64,000 bases of DNA from Octopus bimaculoides (Eukaryota), in assembly GCF_001194135.2 (NCBI RefSeq), contig NC_068995.1:5656040-5720039 (forward strand), given 5' to 3'. Shown in pieces: positions 37,470 through 51,740 of the stretch; the stretch's first letter is position 1; each line of letters opens with the position of its first letter. Position numbers and translations under genes: made by a program. The notes under the pieces are model-generated. The model was not told where the DNA came from and made no database searches. It saw only the letters and a program-made list of their open reading frames with translations.

Positions 37470-39989
37470 ATCTCTCTTTGTCTGTCTGACTGACTGTCTG
37501 TTTATATATATATATATATACACACGTGTATATATTTATATATGTATAAATATATACACGTGTGTGTGTGTTCGTGCACAGACAACAAACAAGTAAATAT
37601 TAGCACATACATATATACATATTCAAATATATGCATGTACAAACATTCATATCCACACACACACACAGATAGACACGTAAACATACGCATTACTTAGAAA
37701 GTATTTACCGCTTAAATATGATTCCTAACAGACACCAAACTTGGAATAGAGTGGAGAAGAGCAATATCGGACGATGTATCCCACTCTCTCTCGGACATAA
37801 CTTAATGTATCAATGTCAACGAGGACCGAAAGCATTGGGGAGTTACTATGCATCCAGTAACTATCACCTGGGCCATTATCTTATCTTCCGGTATTCTACG
37901 CTACGCGTCCCCACAGTATTTTGCACAAACTTAAGCTAATAGTTTAAGACTTGTCGGCTATCGTCCTAGTCTAGCTAATGTACCAACGGCTGCTCACGTG
38001 TCGGATTGACACATGTCACATGCCCATAATGGAAACTGTAAATGAGACCCGGGTGCTTGGTGGGAACTAGTGGCAGAATTGGGAACACCCAAGGAAAATT
38101 ACTCCAATTCATTGACGTAACTTTTACAGTCGATATGATTATTGACAGAGTCCATAGAAGGTGTTGCTCAGCTTGACCGAAGTTTATTCAGACGAGAAAG
38201 AAAATAAACGAATAAATGAACGCGTGTATATATATGTCGTAATGGTACGTCTATATGTACGTATTAATAGTGTGCATGTGTGTAACAGTGGATACTTGTT
38301 GATGTCCTTTCGCTCTCACGACATTTCCATCACAGCTGACGCGAAACAAATTTTATGCCGGGAGTCGATTGGAAGACTGGCTAGGATCCGCTGGACTTCA
38401 GCGCGTTAAGCAAAACAGGAAGAACAGATCGGATTTGGATGCTGTTTGGCTTAGAGTTGTGCTAAGCCAGAGCTTTGGATCAGATAATATATTGCCAAAT
38501 TCTTTCGATTTCCGGATATTTCAATTTCACATCTTACACGGCTAAGGAGAAATGCATACACATTATATAATCTCGCCCGTTACTTCCGCTACAATATCGA
38601 AGCCTGGTGACTACATACAACACAAACAAAATACAAAAAAAAATATAACTAAATCAATACTGCCTTTGAATTGTGTGAACCATTGTCTTTCCTTCACAAA
38701 TAGAATTTTCCATTATGCTTCGTTTACAAAAGCCAGGGATCACGGTATCAGTTTTACAGTTGAGTGGAAGACTGATAAATGAAAGTTTCGTAACCTAAAT
38801 CAATATCCACTTATTGATTTCAGGAAGTCATCGTTTGTAATCCTTCAGAGAACTCGTAATACCTTGATAGGAAGTTTCTATTATACCTTGTCACATCTAC
38901 GGTTTCGATCTAAACGACATCAAAACGGAACAGAAGCATTAATTGAGTTTAATGAAGGTGCAGATTAAAGCAGCTTTTGAATCTTGCTGGCAGATTAACT
39001 TTTAATTTCCTCATGATAAAACGATGTTAAATGTAACAGTGGGATCAGTTCCGCTAACGAGTCTCTCTATAAATACTGACATTTTAACATATGTTCATCA
39101 ATTTTGTTATCCCCATTTAACCGTAGAAGCTATCAAAGTAGTATGCCTCGAAGAACATTGCACGAATACGAAATTATAATAATAGTTTATTACTTTAGTT
39201 GAAAAATCCCAAAATATTGCACAGAAAACGCCAAAAATTCATATCTCACTTCGCTCTCTTTTTTTCTGTCGCCAAAGAATTAGAATCGTGGGTGAACTGA
39301 ATTGGTTTGAAGCATGAATCACAGTAAGTTACAAGGATAATTTAGATGAGATATTACGAAATTGGTAAAAAGATAATTATAATAGTGAAGTAATACATTG
39401 ATATCAGATCAACAATACGTTGTGAAAAGGAATTGTGTTTGTTTAGAGTTCCTATCTTTGCCAAAGAATAAAACTAATTTACAAAGTTGAAGTAAATATG
39501 TTTCAAACAAAAATAGAAACGGTGTAATAAAATAAAACTATAAAGTTAACGTTATTGCTGTTTAATATCATGCATGTTCAATAGATCCAGCCATTATATT
39601 CAGATACTATCTCCAAACTAGCCATTTTTTTTCTTTAAATAGGCTATGCTTTGAAGGAGGTGTTGCTGTTATTTCTGGTTGTTGCTGCAAATTGAACGAG
39701 TTAAATAAGCCTTCAAACCTTTTAGCACTATCTGACAGCAGCTACTAATAAGCTTCTCATAGAGACCAGAAAGTGAAGAATATTTTAGAGACAAGCTGCT
39801 CTAAACGTAGGAACAGCAGTCCCTGGGCAACAAAAACTGTGTAAAATGTATTGTTATACAGTTCCACATAACGTTAGTGAAAGATTTCGAACAGCGATTA
39901 AGGAGTATGTGTTATATCCATCGTACCCGAAGAAATTAATAGCCAATGTTATTCTGAGGAATATAGTCGGTTCGGACGAAGGTTCGAAT

Positions 39990-40525
39990 GCGGCTGAGCG
40001 ATTGAAACGAAAAACAAAACATTTATTCCCAGATGTTTCCTTGGATGAACAGAGGTGTTGCACGAAAACGAAGACATAAATTGTAGTAAAACAAAGTGCA
40101 ACACTTGTATTGAAACCAAAATGCAATGCACTGTTTGCAGCGATAGAACAGGCAAAGAAGGAACTCGAAAGACTTGAAAGCCTAGGAATAATCGAGAAGA
40201 CGGACCACTGAGATTCGGCAGCACTACGCGAAAAAGAAGAATAAGATACGAGCTTGTGGAGTTCTTTTTCAACCGGTTTAAACGATTGCTTACTCTCACA
40301 TAACTACCCATTGCCGAGTCCCGAGGAAGTGTTCGTAAAGTTGAATGGAAGGAAATTCTTCTCAAAATTAGACCCCTCGGAGTCATACTTATAAATCGAA
40401 GTAGAAGAAGAATGCTCACACTTATTAGCCATTGATACACAGCGTGGCTTATTTAGGTTTAAGTGGCGTCCCTTTCGTGTAAAGATGACTCCTATATTTC
40501 AACAAGTAATGAATACAATGCTCTT
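39990..40525 (+). pseudogene. Ty3/Gypsy pol fragment (RT N-half), decayed
   Basis: KELERLESLGIIEK; YPLPSPEEVFVKLNGRKFFSKLD starting at 40305; TQRGLFRFKWRPF and FQQVMNTML. In-frame stops; ends before YxDD. Confidence 0.95.
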
Positions 40526-42033
40526 CAGTGCAAACACCCTCCTCAGTGCAAACATAGCATTGTAAGTATAGCATATGTAGACTTAGTTTATATATGAGTA
40601 TAGTACATAGTTAATCTATACATTATGTAAGTCGTCGTGATTTCGACTGTTGCCGATTAATGAATATGATATGTACATTCAGTAGTGAAAGAATTCATCT
40701 GCTGGGGGCCTGTGCCTCTATGAATATGGCAGTATGGAATAAAAGAAAGAGAGTGCTGTTTTTTTGTTTTGGCAAAATGTGGATTTTTAATGTTTAAAAT
40801 ATAGAAATATATGGAGCGTATTAAATGAAAAGGTTTTAGGTGGGTAAAATAAGAGTACGAATTTGTGAAAGATATTGTATATTTGCGGAATAGTCTTGGT
40901 TTTGAAACATGTAAATTAGATAATTAAATCTACGATCGTATAATGAAAGTAAATTTACATATGGGAGTTTATAAGAGAAAGACTGTAAGTAGGAGAGCAA
41001 GAGAAAAAGAAGGCAAGCTCAGGAAAGAGGAGCATGCTGAATTACAAATAGACCAAGATAGTTTTAAAGAAAAAAAATTGGCAAGATGCTATAATTAGCG
41101 ACAGAACTGAAAAACTACACATTACTGAGCATGAAAGTACATTTTTTTTAAAGATGTAAATCAGAAAATAAAATCGGCGAATGAATATCGAAAGTATATT
41201 TGCGTATGTGAGTTTATTGCCTGAAAACGGGCAAGCGAATTGTTCGCTGAGGGACCATAAATATAATGAGATCGTGCATTTAGAGACAGAAAGCAATGAA
41301 ACGTAAGTGCAAAAGAAAGAAATATTAAAGGAATGTCATTAAGAAATGATATTAACAGACCTGAGAGAGAAAGTTTCAATACTGAGGCTGTGATTATTGA
41401 TAATGGAGTTGACTGAAAATGTTGTATAAGGACCTGTTAAGAAAGAAAAAAAACAACAACAAATATTAATGAAAGAGAAATATGGAAATTTATAATAGAA
41501 TGGTAATATAATTGAGAAATGACAGAAACGGAGCTGGAATGGGAGATTTTATTATTGAGAAGGTTGTGATTATTTGTGATGAACCCACATGAAAAAGAAT
41601 GCTTTATGAGGGTCTTGTTATGAAAAAGAAAGTAAGCAGTAATGAAGGAAAGAAATAGAACCTTATAAGGAATAGAATGGTAATAATATTATAGATATTT
41701 TTCCGAATCGTAGATTCCTATTTTTGGAAAATGTAAATCAGGAAATGCATTTAGTGGGCATGTAGTAAGAAACTCTTTTATGAAAAAAGAAGGCAAACGA
41801 TAATGAAATATAGAAATTGTAGAAATATCGTAGAAGATACTAGTGATTTGCCAGTACGTAAATGAATGGGCGAAAATGACAGGCGGCTTCCTTACATATG
41901 CTGTGCAAAAAGGCCAGAAGACGTTTAAGAATTACATTTTTATTATAGCATTGTACATACACATCGATATACATACGTATATAAACTCTTAAGCATATAC
42001 AAAAATACATACGCCGACACATGCATAAATACA

Positions 42034-42080
<47 letters not shown>

Positions 42081-42549
42081 TATGTGCAAGTTTGCCAATG
42101 AGGAGGCTCGATATCCACGATTTTGGCAAAAAGTGCTTGAAATCTTTGATGTCCAACCTGAACATGTCTAGTTTGATGTCCTGAACAAGTAGTGGGTGGG
42201 ATGGAAGGGATATGCCTTTCTTGGTTAAGNNNNNNNNNNNNNNNNNNNNNNNNNNNNNNNNNNNNNNNNNNNNNNNNNNNNNNNNNNNNNNNNNNNNNNN
42301 NNNNNNNNNNNNNNNNNNNNNNNNNNNNNNNNNNNNNNNNNNNNNNNNNNNNNNNNNNNNNNNNNNNNNNNNNNNNNNNNNNNNNNNNNNNNNNNNNNNN
42401 NNNNNNNNNNNNNNNNNNNNNNNNNNNNNNNNNNNNNNNNNNNNNNNNNNNNNNNNNNNNNNNNNNNNNNNNNNNNNNNNACACACACACACACACACAC
42501 GTGGTACTCTTTCGACACGACACGGAGGAAAAGACAAGAATCATACATA

Positions 42550-42895
42550 AGGGCTCTGTGATAAGAAGCTTGCTTCCCAACCACATAGTTCTGGGTTCAG
42601 TCCTACTGCGTGGCAACTTGTGCAAGTGTCTTCTACTATAGCCTCGGGTCGACCAATGATTGGATCTGATAAACAGAAACTGAAAGAAATCCGTCATGTG
42701 TGTGTGAGGGGTGTGTCCTGCACCACTGCTTGACAACCGGTGTTGGTGCGATTACTTCGCCGTAACATATCGGTTCAGCCAAAGACCGATAAAATAAGTC
42801 CTGGGGATGATTCATTCGACTAAGCTTTTTCCAAGGTGGTGCCCCAGAATGGTCGCTGTCTAATGATTGAATGTAGTAGAGGATAAAAGATATAT
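42550..42895 (+). mobile_element. Near full-length SINE family A
   Basis: aagaagcttgcttcccaaccaca...gcaagtgtcttctactatagcctcggg...gcttgacaaccg...gaccgat. Confidence 0.9.
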
Positions 42896-42897
42896 TA

Positions 42898-43990
42898 CAA
42901 GGGTAGGACAAAATATTAGAAACTGCACTTTATTTAACTACTTTTTTTTCTATTGGTAATACTGCAAATTCACAACTGTTCCAGTCTGTATATATCTGTT
43001 CATATGCATTATGTATGAATGCACTTCATGATATAAACTTCTATTTTCTTTTGTTGCAGATATTTACATTTATATAAGTTGAAATGCGTATCTGATTTCT
43101 AAAGAGAGCAAACTGTTGGAGCACGGATGGCTGGTGCTTCAGTCAATAAAAACTGCTGAATTGTTTAATGTTTTGAAAGTTATAATCACTAAAATCATGT
43201 TCGCATTCCAAAACGAAGATAAAAACAGCTTTGGCAAGCATAATTCTGGATGGAAGCCAAAGCGGACAGAGAGGGACCGCAGAATAATGTAAAGTATTGT
43301 GTCTCAAAAAAAAAAGAAAACACCAAACTACGACAGTAAATGTGACAACAGATGTGACCTACCACCGTATCAATCCTGTGTCATCCAAAGTCGTAGGTCA
43401 TGACCTCCATGAACCAGGATACCGTGGGATGGCTGCATTTGCTAAATCTTCCCTACTGCCCATCAACAGTGAAAGCGGATAATTAGTGCCTCGACTATCA
43501 GAAGTATTCAATGGACCAATGTTATCTTCTCTAGTGAAACATCGTTTATCCTTTTTCTCCACTTGAGAGTGAGTTTATGCCTGAGAATAGTTCAAAGTAG
43601 AAATCAATCTTGGTTGTTTGGAGCTCGGCCATGAAGCATAGAGGTGACTCGTGATGATCTGGCAAACATTTCACTCTCTTGGCCTTTCAGCTGTTCCAAA
43701 TGGAAAAGCTAGCACCAAGGATTATCTGAATGGTTTGGCTGTGGATATCCACCTTATCATACAAATATTGTTCTCCGCTGATAGCGCAATCATCTAGGAC
43801 AATAATGCTTCAATTTATACACCTAATATTATTCAAAATTGGCGTGAAAAACACAAGAGGGAAGTAGACATCTTGGATTTCTACTGTCTCAATCACCGGA
43901 TCGCAATGATGGAACGTTTATAATGCGTTTTCAAGCAGCAAGTTAGGAACCGTGCTTCTCTTCCATTATATTTTGAAAGAGCTAAAAGAC
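42898..43990 (+). pseudogene. Tc1-family transposase remnant with a candidate left TIR
   Basis: SDF*REQTVGARMAGASV (HTH), VIFSSETSFILF (first D region), II*DNNASIYT (second D), QSPDRN (SPDLN motif), all with frameshifts. TA plus CAAGGGTAGGACAAAATATTAGAAAC at 42896-42923 looks like a Tc1 end. Confidence 0.9.
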
Positions 43991-44148
43991 GTTTTACGTT
44001 AAAAAAAAGAGGCTCCAAATTCCTTTAAAGGTTTAGAATCTGTGTGAATCACTTTCTTGGTGTGTTATAATGATTACAGCGAACAAAGTAGATCATCTTC
44101 ATATCAAATAATTAGAATTCCATTTAACACGTCTTATGTTGTTCACTT

Positions 44149-44179
<31 letters not shown>

Positions 44180-45187
44180 AGTATATGTATTTACATATAT
44201 ATGTGTGTGTCTGTGTTTGTGCTAAATTAATCTGAATGGGATTTTCCGGAATAGAGCTGAAGAAAAGAACACGTTAATGAGCTCTACCCCCTATTATCCC
44301 TGAAGTATATTGTAAAGAATATACTTAGGGCACAGGAGAGACGTTGCTTGAGTAAATTTGCTGGTTATAATAACTAATGGAAGTGTCTGTTCGATGTGCA
44401 TATTAAGACAAAGTAGCATTATCGTGAAGATGATTGGTAGAAATTTATTTGGGGGAAGATTTAGAAGAAAGGAACAAGAGAGAAAATCGTTCTGAGATAA
44501 TCACTATTTGTAGTGTTTAGTTTAATGCCCCGAGATATAGAGTCTTATGGTATGATGCTGGTTGTTGAATTGGAAAGAATCCCAGATGAATTTCAAGTGA
44601 AGGAAACATGAATAGTTCTGTGTGCATCATCTTAAATATAGCTACTGTTTTATCTATAGAGTACTTTTAAGTTTAATTGCAGTTCCGCGAGGTTTGGTAA
44701 ACCGGAATTACAAAACAAATTCACATGTATAAACGTTAAGATATTTTGCTAAAGAATATAAGCATATACTCTTCATGTGAGACAACAAACAGTGAAGAGT
44801 TTCGTCACGGAACATTTCACAATTTGTTGGCCACTCCTCGCAAAGCTTCCTCCCCACAAAACAGCCAAGATCAATTTTTGTTTTATAATGTAGTCATAAT
44901 TGAGGCTAGCCCTGTGCTACATAAAACAAACTTTCGTATTTGCTCTTTTGATGTTTCATAATGAAGTAACATCTTATGCACAGAATAATCAGAATAATTG
45001 AAATACATTTTTATATAACAAAATCTCACTTCGGGTTCAATAATAATGTAAACGCAGTCTTTCGCCATTGCCATGTGCGGAAACAAGAAGGCACATGCTT
45101 CCTGTCTTGACCAGACCTCAGAGAAGATAGGCCTTGATCCATTCCACGACCAACAACATAAACTGCAGTCATAAATTAAGCTAGTGC

Positions 45188-45561
45188 TGTAGTGAATCGA
45201 CTAATTTGTATATTTGTGCTTTTAACAACTTGTCTATAATTATATCTATTTTACGTATATAAGAGGAACCAATGTAAATGGAAATATGACAAAACTTCAC
45301 TAAATTTTTAATAAGTATGTAAATGTTTATTCTATACAATTGATGTGCTGTAAAAAATATTAAATTAATGACGAGAATAGCAAGTAGAGAAAAGTGAAAA
45401 TAGTGAAGTGTTATGAGTTTGAGAGCCAATAAGAGATTAAGGAAGAAGTGCTTTTGAATGTGTTGAGTTCTTCAGAAAATTAGACAGAAAGAAGTAAGAT
45501 AGATGCAGGACGTGCAGAGAAAGCGTGAGTAAATAAGAAACATGTGCTCCTCGGTGTCACA
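45188..45561 (-). mobile_element. Possible solo LTR
   Basis: TGT...ACA termini, AATAAA on the minus strand and strand-biased composition; no TSD found. Confidence 0.25.
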
Positions 45562-45576
45562 CATGTGAGCGTGTGT

Positions 45577-45650
<74 letters not shown>

Positions 45651-46436
45651 TTGCTCAGTGCATTGCTATCTTGTAGCCATTTGATAAGAAATATTATAAT
45701 GAAGGGAAAAATGAACTTTGATAATATATAATTATGCAGAAATAAGTAACAAACGAAGAAGAATATAGTCATATACCCGCAGTGAACTTGAACTTAGAAA
45801 TAACCAATAAAAAGAAACAACAACAACAGCAGCAATAACCTAGAGAGTTCACAATCGTCTGTACTTAGCAATTTCCTCCGTCACAGAAAAGATTTACTAC
45901 CCATTAATTTCAAAAGTTTAAATCATTCACACCAGTGCGATTTCATAGCGTGTGTGAATTTAAATTAACTCAACAAGCTCTTAACCTTCTACCCATTTTT
46001 TTTTTCATATTCTTGTTTGCTATCAACACTAGTTTAGTAAATGGAATTTACTAGTAGCAGACAAACATATGATAAATACTGCACTGATATTAAAACATTC
46101 TCTAATTAGACTGCAACATGAAACTGACTAAAATATATCGTTTGAAATACCAAGTGTCAGCTACAGAGACCAATGAAGTAGTCTATATAACCTGCAGCTA
46201 ATTCAAAAGTGTAAACCCCAGTGTGTATTTTGTTTAAATGTGAATGAACTTCGATATTAGTTCGCAAGACGTTTTATTTACGTCTTAAACACACTGCTTA
46301 TTTCCAGATAAATGATATATGCGATTATAAGATTTCAGTTACATTACGAAAACATTGAATAAATCATGTCTTTGCATATATACATATACTTACCTATTTA
46401 TACACACACACACACACACACACATCTATATCTATA

Positions 46437-46481
<45 letters not shown>

Positions 46482-46705
46482 ATATATACATATTTACATA
46501 CATATACACATACATATATATACATATTTATATATGCATACATATATATTTATATATACATACATATATATCTATATATATATATGCATACGTCTTCATA
46601 TTTCTATACGTGGATGGGTACGCGTACATCACATATAACACAAATGTGAAGCGCGCGTAGACGATATGTAGAAAATTATGATGTATTACTCATGCGTAAT
46701 TCGAA

Positions 46706-47010
46706 GCGCAAGCTTGACTGTGTTAACCGCACAGTTTCGGGTTCAGTCCCTCTGTGTGACATGTTGGGCAAATGTCTTCTACTATTAGCCGGGCCGATGA
46801 AAACTATGTGACAGGACTTGGTAAGATTAAACTGAAAGAAGCCCGTCATATGCGTGCGCATGTGTGCGTGCGCATGTGCGCATATGCTTGCGCCTGTATG
46901 TGTATGTGTAGGCGCAGGTGTTGCTATGTAGTAAGACGTTTGTCTTCCAAACCTACGGTTCTGGCTTCCGTCTCAGTGCGTTGCACCTTGAACAAGCGTC
47001 TTCTACCACT
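46706..47010 (+). mobile_element. Two tandem family A 5' halves (46706-46850, 46909-47010) separated by a (GT/GC)n tract
   Basis: Both show the gcgca(g/a)g head and ttg(gg/aa)caa(a/g)(t/c)gtcttctac. Confidence 0.75.
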
Positions 47011-49079
47011 TAGACATTAAGTGGAATGATTATTCAATATTTTTAGTAGAGAACAGTATTTAGTTAACTTTTACAAGGAAAAAAAAATTATAACGATCAC
47101 TTCAACATTTCGTGTGCTTTGAATTTTCCTACATCCTCTACCGTGAGATTAATGTAATGTTGAATCTGTGATTCAATCCATGTAACATCTACGAAATAAG
47201 TTCAGATTCTACTCAGCAGGTATCATGAACTAAACAGTTATAACAGAAGACATTCATTGCTGTCAAAGAAACGCGCGTGTGTGAGTGAGTGAGTGAGAGT
47301 GAGAGAAAGAGAGAGAGTGAAAGTTTAGCATTTGTGACAAAGGAATGGCACACGATAAAAACAACTAACAGATGGAAGAAACCGAAATGTAAATGGAAAG
47401 TAAATCCTTCATTAGCCATACTTTCCACGCACAGTCTTGTGAAAGAGAAGTGAGCAGGTTAGAGGTACTCTGCTATGTCTCAAGTTAGAAAACACTGGAT
47501 GTGGTTGTTAAGCAATTGGTACATTGGAGCCGAGAAACAAGAGGGGAAATATCTATTTCAATGTTAGCGATTGGGACGAAGGGAATGCAGGGGTATTAAA
47601 CATACATCCATTCAGTGTGCAATAGTGTAATCAATATTATCACACATAATCCCCCCACCACATGTATATATTCGTTTTAGATACGTAGGTAGAACTCTTG
47701 TTGATGGGTGATCAGTATTTTTGTCAGGTATGTATGTTGGGAACCCATGCGAATCTTTCATGTTCTTTGAAGCAAGCCAGAGATTAATCACTTGATCTTC
47801 TAAAGATGGTAATTGTTCAGGTACGGGTTAGTTACTGTTAAATGTGAGAGCACCATGTATGGAATGTAGTGATATATAACCACTTAGATTATTTTAGATG
47901 TTTATCGTTTACAACAAATAAAGGACAAGTAGCAACACTGTTTCTCTGTTACATGCAACAAAAGTGATTTTATTCTGCTCAACGAGACTCGGCTTTCATG
48001 TTCTTGTTTAAGAATTTGTTCAAGGTCTTCGTTTATAAAAGCAGAGCTAGGCTGTTGTGAGGTGTTTAGGTTGAATGAAGATGATTCCTGTGATCACACA
48101 TTTAAAGACGTATAAACATTGATTTTTATCAACAGAGAAATGTGGACGTTGTTAGACGTAATATCAACAAGCAGGTCGTTAATTTACACAAAGAAGAGTT
48201 TGAGAGGATTAACTACTGTTTGCAGCACATATGAGTGGATAGAGTTAAGCTTCAACAGTGACAAATAAGTTGTTTTATGTGATTTCTGTGTCTGATCTCT
48301 TTGTATTATTTTATCATTTTCTGTAACTTGCTTTAATAATCATTATCAACCACATAAATTTGACGCACACATCCTGTGTACTTTGCCGCTAGGCTGCGAG
48401 TTGGCGTAGTGGAGAATATTTTGTCAAAATGCCGTACGTTAAAATAAGGGAAAGGCATGGACAAGCAAGTTAACTCATCTCAAATCGCATCCAGAAGCGA
48501 AAGACATCGATGTTTCGCCATTATTTGTGGCTTAATATTACGTACACGTATTCTCCACAACACCAAATCGCAGCCTATCTGCAAATACAATACACAAAGC
48601 GCATACGTAAAGTATTTGTGGTCGATAATTTTTATTGCATTGGCGCTGCTTCTGTTTCATATTTCTTTTGATAATGTTAACAGAGTACCTGTTATTTGTG
48701 CTATCTAATCCCATTTCTTCCAACAAAAGACGTTTACTATAATGGTCACTAATTTAGGAACACAACCAGCATTTTCGATGGAGAGATGGGTTAGTCGACT
48801 AACGAAATAACCAGATACATGGCTAGTACCATATTTAACAGGTCCCTGATTGATTGAAGGTAAGGTTGACTATGACAAGATTTGGAGGAAGAACCTTGGG
48901 ATACTGAAGATAATGCTGTAACCATTCAGCAAATTCACCTTCCCTTTTTCTGTCTGACGACCTGCCTTAAATTTTAGTCCAGGAAAATGCCTGTGGCTAA
49001 TGTCTAGTTGTCCGATTACATTTATTCTACAGCTTTCTACCAAAGTAATCAGTGCAGCCCTGACACAAATCACCATCTG

Positions 49080-49470
49080 TGATTGGTCCCATAACGTCTA
49101 AGGGAAGATACAGGAAACGGAAATCTCATACAACAATCTTATAATGCACCACATCATCGAGCAAGTGATACTACCCAGTACGACAATGGATTCTAAGAAG
49201 GTTTCACTAACAAAGACAGCTGAAATGGTATGGCTAGCTATACGGCCCTGCAGAAACCATTCTTCACGAAACTGTAACAGGGGATAAAGGAGTGCACAGA
49301 GGAAAAGGGGGACAGTCTACTCCAAGGAATGAACGTGCAAATCGTTAGTGGAGGACCTGAGTACTAGTAAATGACTGCGACATATGGAGGAACCTGGTGA
49401 ACAGTATGTGACATCGTTGCTCCTAAAACCACATTGGAAGGCAAGGGCACAAGATAAGACAACCTGCAAT
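49080..49470 (+). mobile_element. RTE-clade LINE 3' end, decayed
   Basis: LKWYG..., AETILHETV.G and DCDIWRNLVNS resemble the RTE C-terminus (LKWYGHV...TILQGTVEG...DR..WR.LV), followed by a short 3' tail. Confidence 0.75.
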
Positions 49471-50569
49471 ATGCCAAGCCCTAACGTATAATATTTATGG
49501 TAATTTCAATGTCCAAACAGTATCACGTTCAAATTTACCTTTCACTATCCCGTAATCGATATATACGACTGGATAGATGTGGACACGTTTCCACATTAGA
49601 CATTATTATATATTCCTGTTCTTTATACCTTATCACTGACTGTCAACTTTCATATCAGTTGTATAAGGAATGCGTGAAGCTGCCATCAGCTTAAATCGAA
49701 ATTTGAAGCCATTTCTTGTTGTTGGCAAATAGGGAAGATAATATAGCAAAACTAAATGATTTCATGTGGAAATGATTATACATCGCATTAATAAAATGAA
49801 ACAAACTGTATTTACTGCAATAATAGCGTGTATGTGTTTGGGTTTTAACGAATACTCTACAAGCACACATATGTATAGGTCACACACACACACACACACA
49901 CNNNNNNNNNNNNNNNNNNNNNNNNNNNNNNNNNNNNNNNNNNNNNNNNNNNNNNNNNNNNNNNNNNNNNNNNNNNNNNNNNNNNNNNNNNNNNNNNNNN
50001 NNNNNNNNNNNNNNTATATATATATATATATATGTCGATGAATAAAATTACGTAACAGAAGTAAGCAGCTGTGTAAATCCATTCAGAGAAATCAAAGGTT
50101 TGGAAATGAAAATCATTCCATATGCATCGCTATTTAATGTATCTCGTCTTATAAAATTATTTTCACACCATTTACTTCAAAATGGCCGAGTCACTGTCAC
50201 CGACTCTCTCTCTCTCTTTCTCATTCACACATACAATTTCGTTATATGCCCATACAAAGATACACTAACAACACTCTCCACACATACACTTTCACACAGA
50301 ACCGCACTCACTCTCTCTGCTCCGTTTTTAGCTTCTCTATGTGGATTCTCTTGTTATCGTCGCAGCTGTTGCTTTTGCTGAGGTTGGAGTTGCTGCGTCT
50401 GTTGTTAAAATGTGTTCAGGCTCCAGCCTGAACCTTTTCACCTCATTTGTGCCTATCACCTTCACAACGGAACACTTACCTATCATATCATGTAGTCTCT
50501 TGCCTCCTAACCACTGACTTCTCTCACCGACCACCACTTTCTGCCATCAAACGAAAAATCTTCAGCTGC

Positions 50570-51070
50570 TCCATCAACATGGTAGAAATGACAACTATCT
50601 CCCTGAAGTCACACACTACAATATTGATAGAGAAATGGATACACAAGGAATAACGCATTCTCCTACAATATTATAATGACTAGGTGCTCATGGATGGAAG
50701 GCCTTTACATAGGTCTACCCGATCAGTGTTGACATGCATGAGTTGAACAACAAAATCACTCGAAGCAGTCTCTATATCGTCGTTCAATCTCTTAGAAATA
50801 GTAACCAAAACCAAAGCTTACCCATGCAATACCCTTTCAGCAAGGTAAAAAGGAATCTCCGTCCGATATTCGACCTGCAAGAAATATCAACTATATCTCA
50901 AATGTCACCTTACCGTCTTGAAATCGGAAAGATACACTGGGCATTCTATTCCATATTATACAATATACGGGATGGTCATGACTTAAAGATATTTGATCAC
51001 AGGTCTCCTTGATCAAGGCTGTTTCAGTACTAATAAAAGATAACGATAACAGTAATAACAGCAACTATCA
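50570..51070 (+). mobile_element. Three tandem family D copies (50570-50750, 50785-50840 partial, 50865-51070)
   Basis: The tagaaat(g/a)...aactatctc body recurs three times; tails ataggtctacccgatcag...aacaacaa and acaggtctccttgatcaagg...(AAC/AAT)n. Confidence 0.6.
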
Positions 51071-51530
51071 GCCTTGTTTTCTTCACTGCATTTAATGACC
51101 ATTTTTATTGCAAAGAATTTGTAGTCGATTTCGTGATTGTCTAAGCGGAAGGCCACATTGAAGAGTACACAAAATATACTGCTACTGTTGACCTAGACCT
51201 AAATGCAGTGCGTGTAATATCCATTCCACAATAAGCTGGAGATATGGCCACGTTGTTTTTTTAGCTTCCAATTTCAAGGTTTAGTATAAACTACTGAGAA
51301 TTTAATGTCCCTTTGTTAAGACATGATATATAACTCACCGATACAATATACACATGCCATATGTCATTTTGTAAAATACATAGTTATCGGCAGTTGATAT
51401 TAATCGAATACCTGTCAGCAGCGGCAGCAACATAGCGGCCCCAACTATCACAGTTTCTACAACCTGTGCCACCTGGAACACCACTACTCGCATATTACTC
51501 CGACTCCCATCACAAAAATATGAATTTATT

Positions 51531-51740
51531 AAGGCGGCGATTTGGTAGAATGGTTAACACATGGAACAAGATACTTAGCGGTATTTCTTCAAGCTTTTTA
51601 CGCATTGAAGTCAAGTCTTTTGCCTGTCATCCTTTTGAGGTCATTAAAAATAAAATACCAGTCAAGTACTAAGGTTGATGTAATCGACTTGGCCTCTCCC
51701 CACCAAGTTGCTGGCCTTGCTCCAAAATTTGAAACCATTA
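51531..51740 (+). mobile_element. SINE family B
   Basis: aaggcggcga...cttagcggtatttc...tgcctgtcatccttttgaggtc...gatgtaatcgact...ctggccttg, with an (ATC)n tail. Confidence 0.85.

Noticed and set aside
37720-38100. Possible decayed LINE (HWGVTMHP...ILRYASPQ)
   Set aside because: Only faint motif resemblance with several stops; not enough to call.
38890-38935. Minus-strand TTGATGT...GATC-GAAAC, PLE-end-like
   Set aside because: The core is mismatched and the helices cannot be drawn convincingly.
44665-44720. Hairpin TGCAGTTCCG/CGGAATTACA followed by AAAC
   Set aside because: Resembles a hammerhead helix II but has no CUGANGA core upstream; at best a heavily eroded relic.
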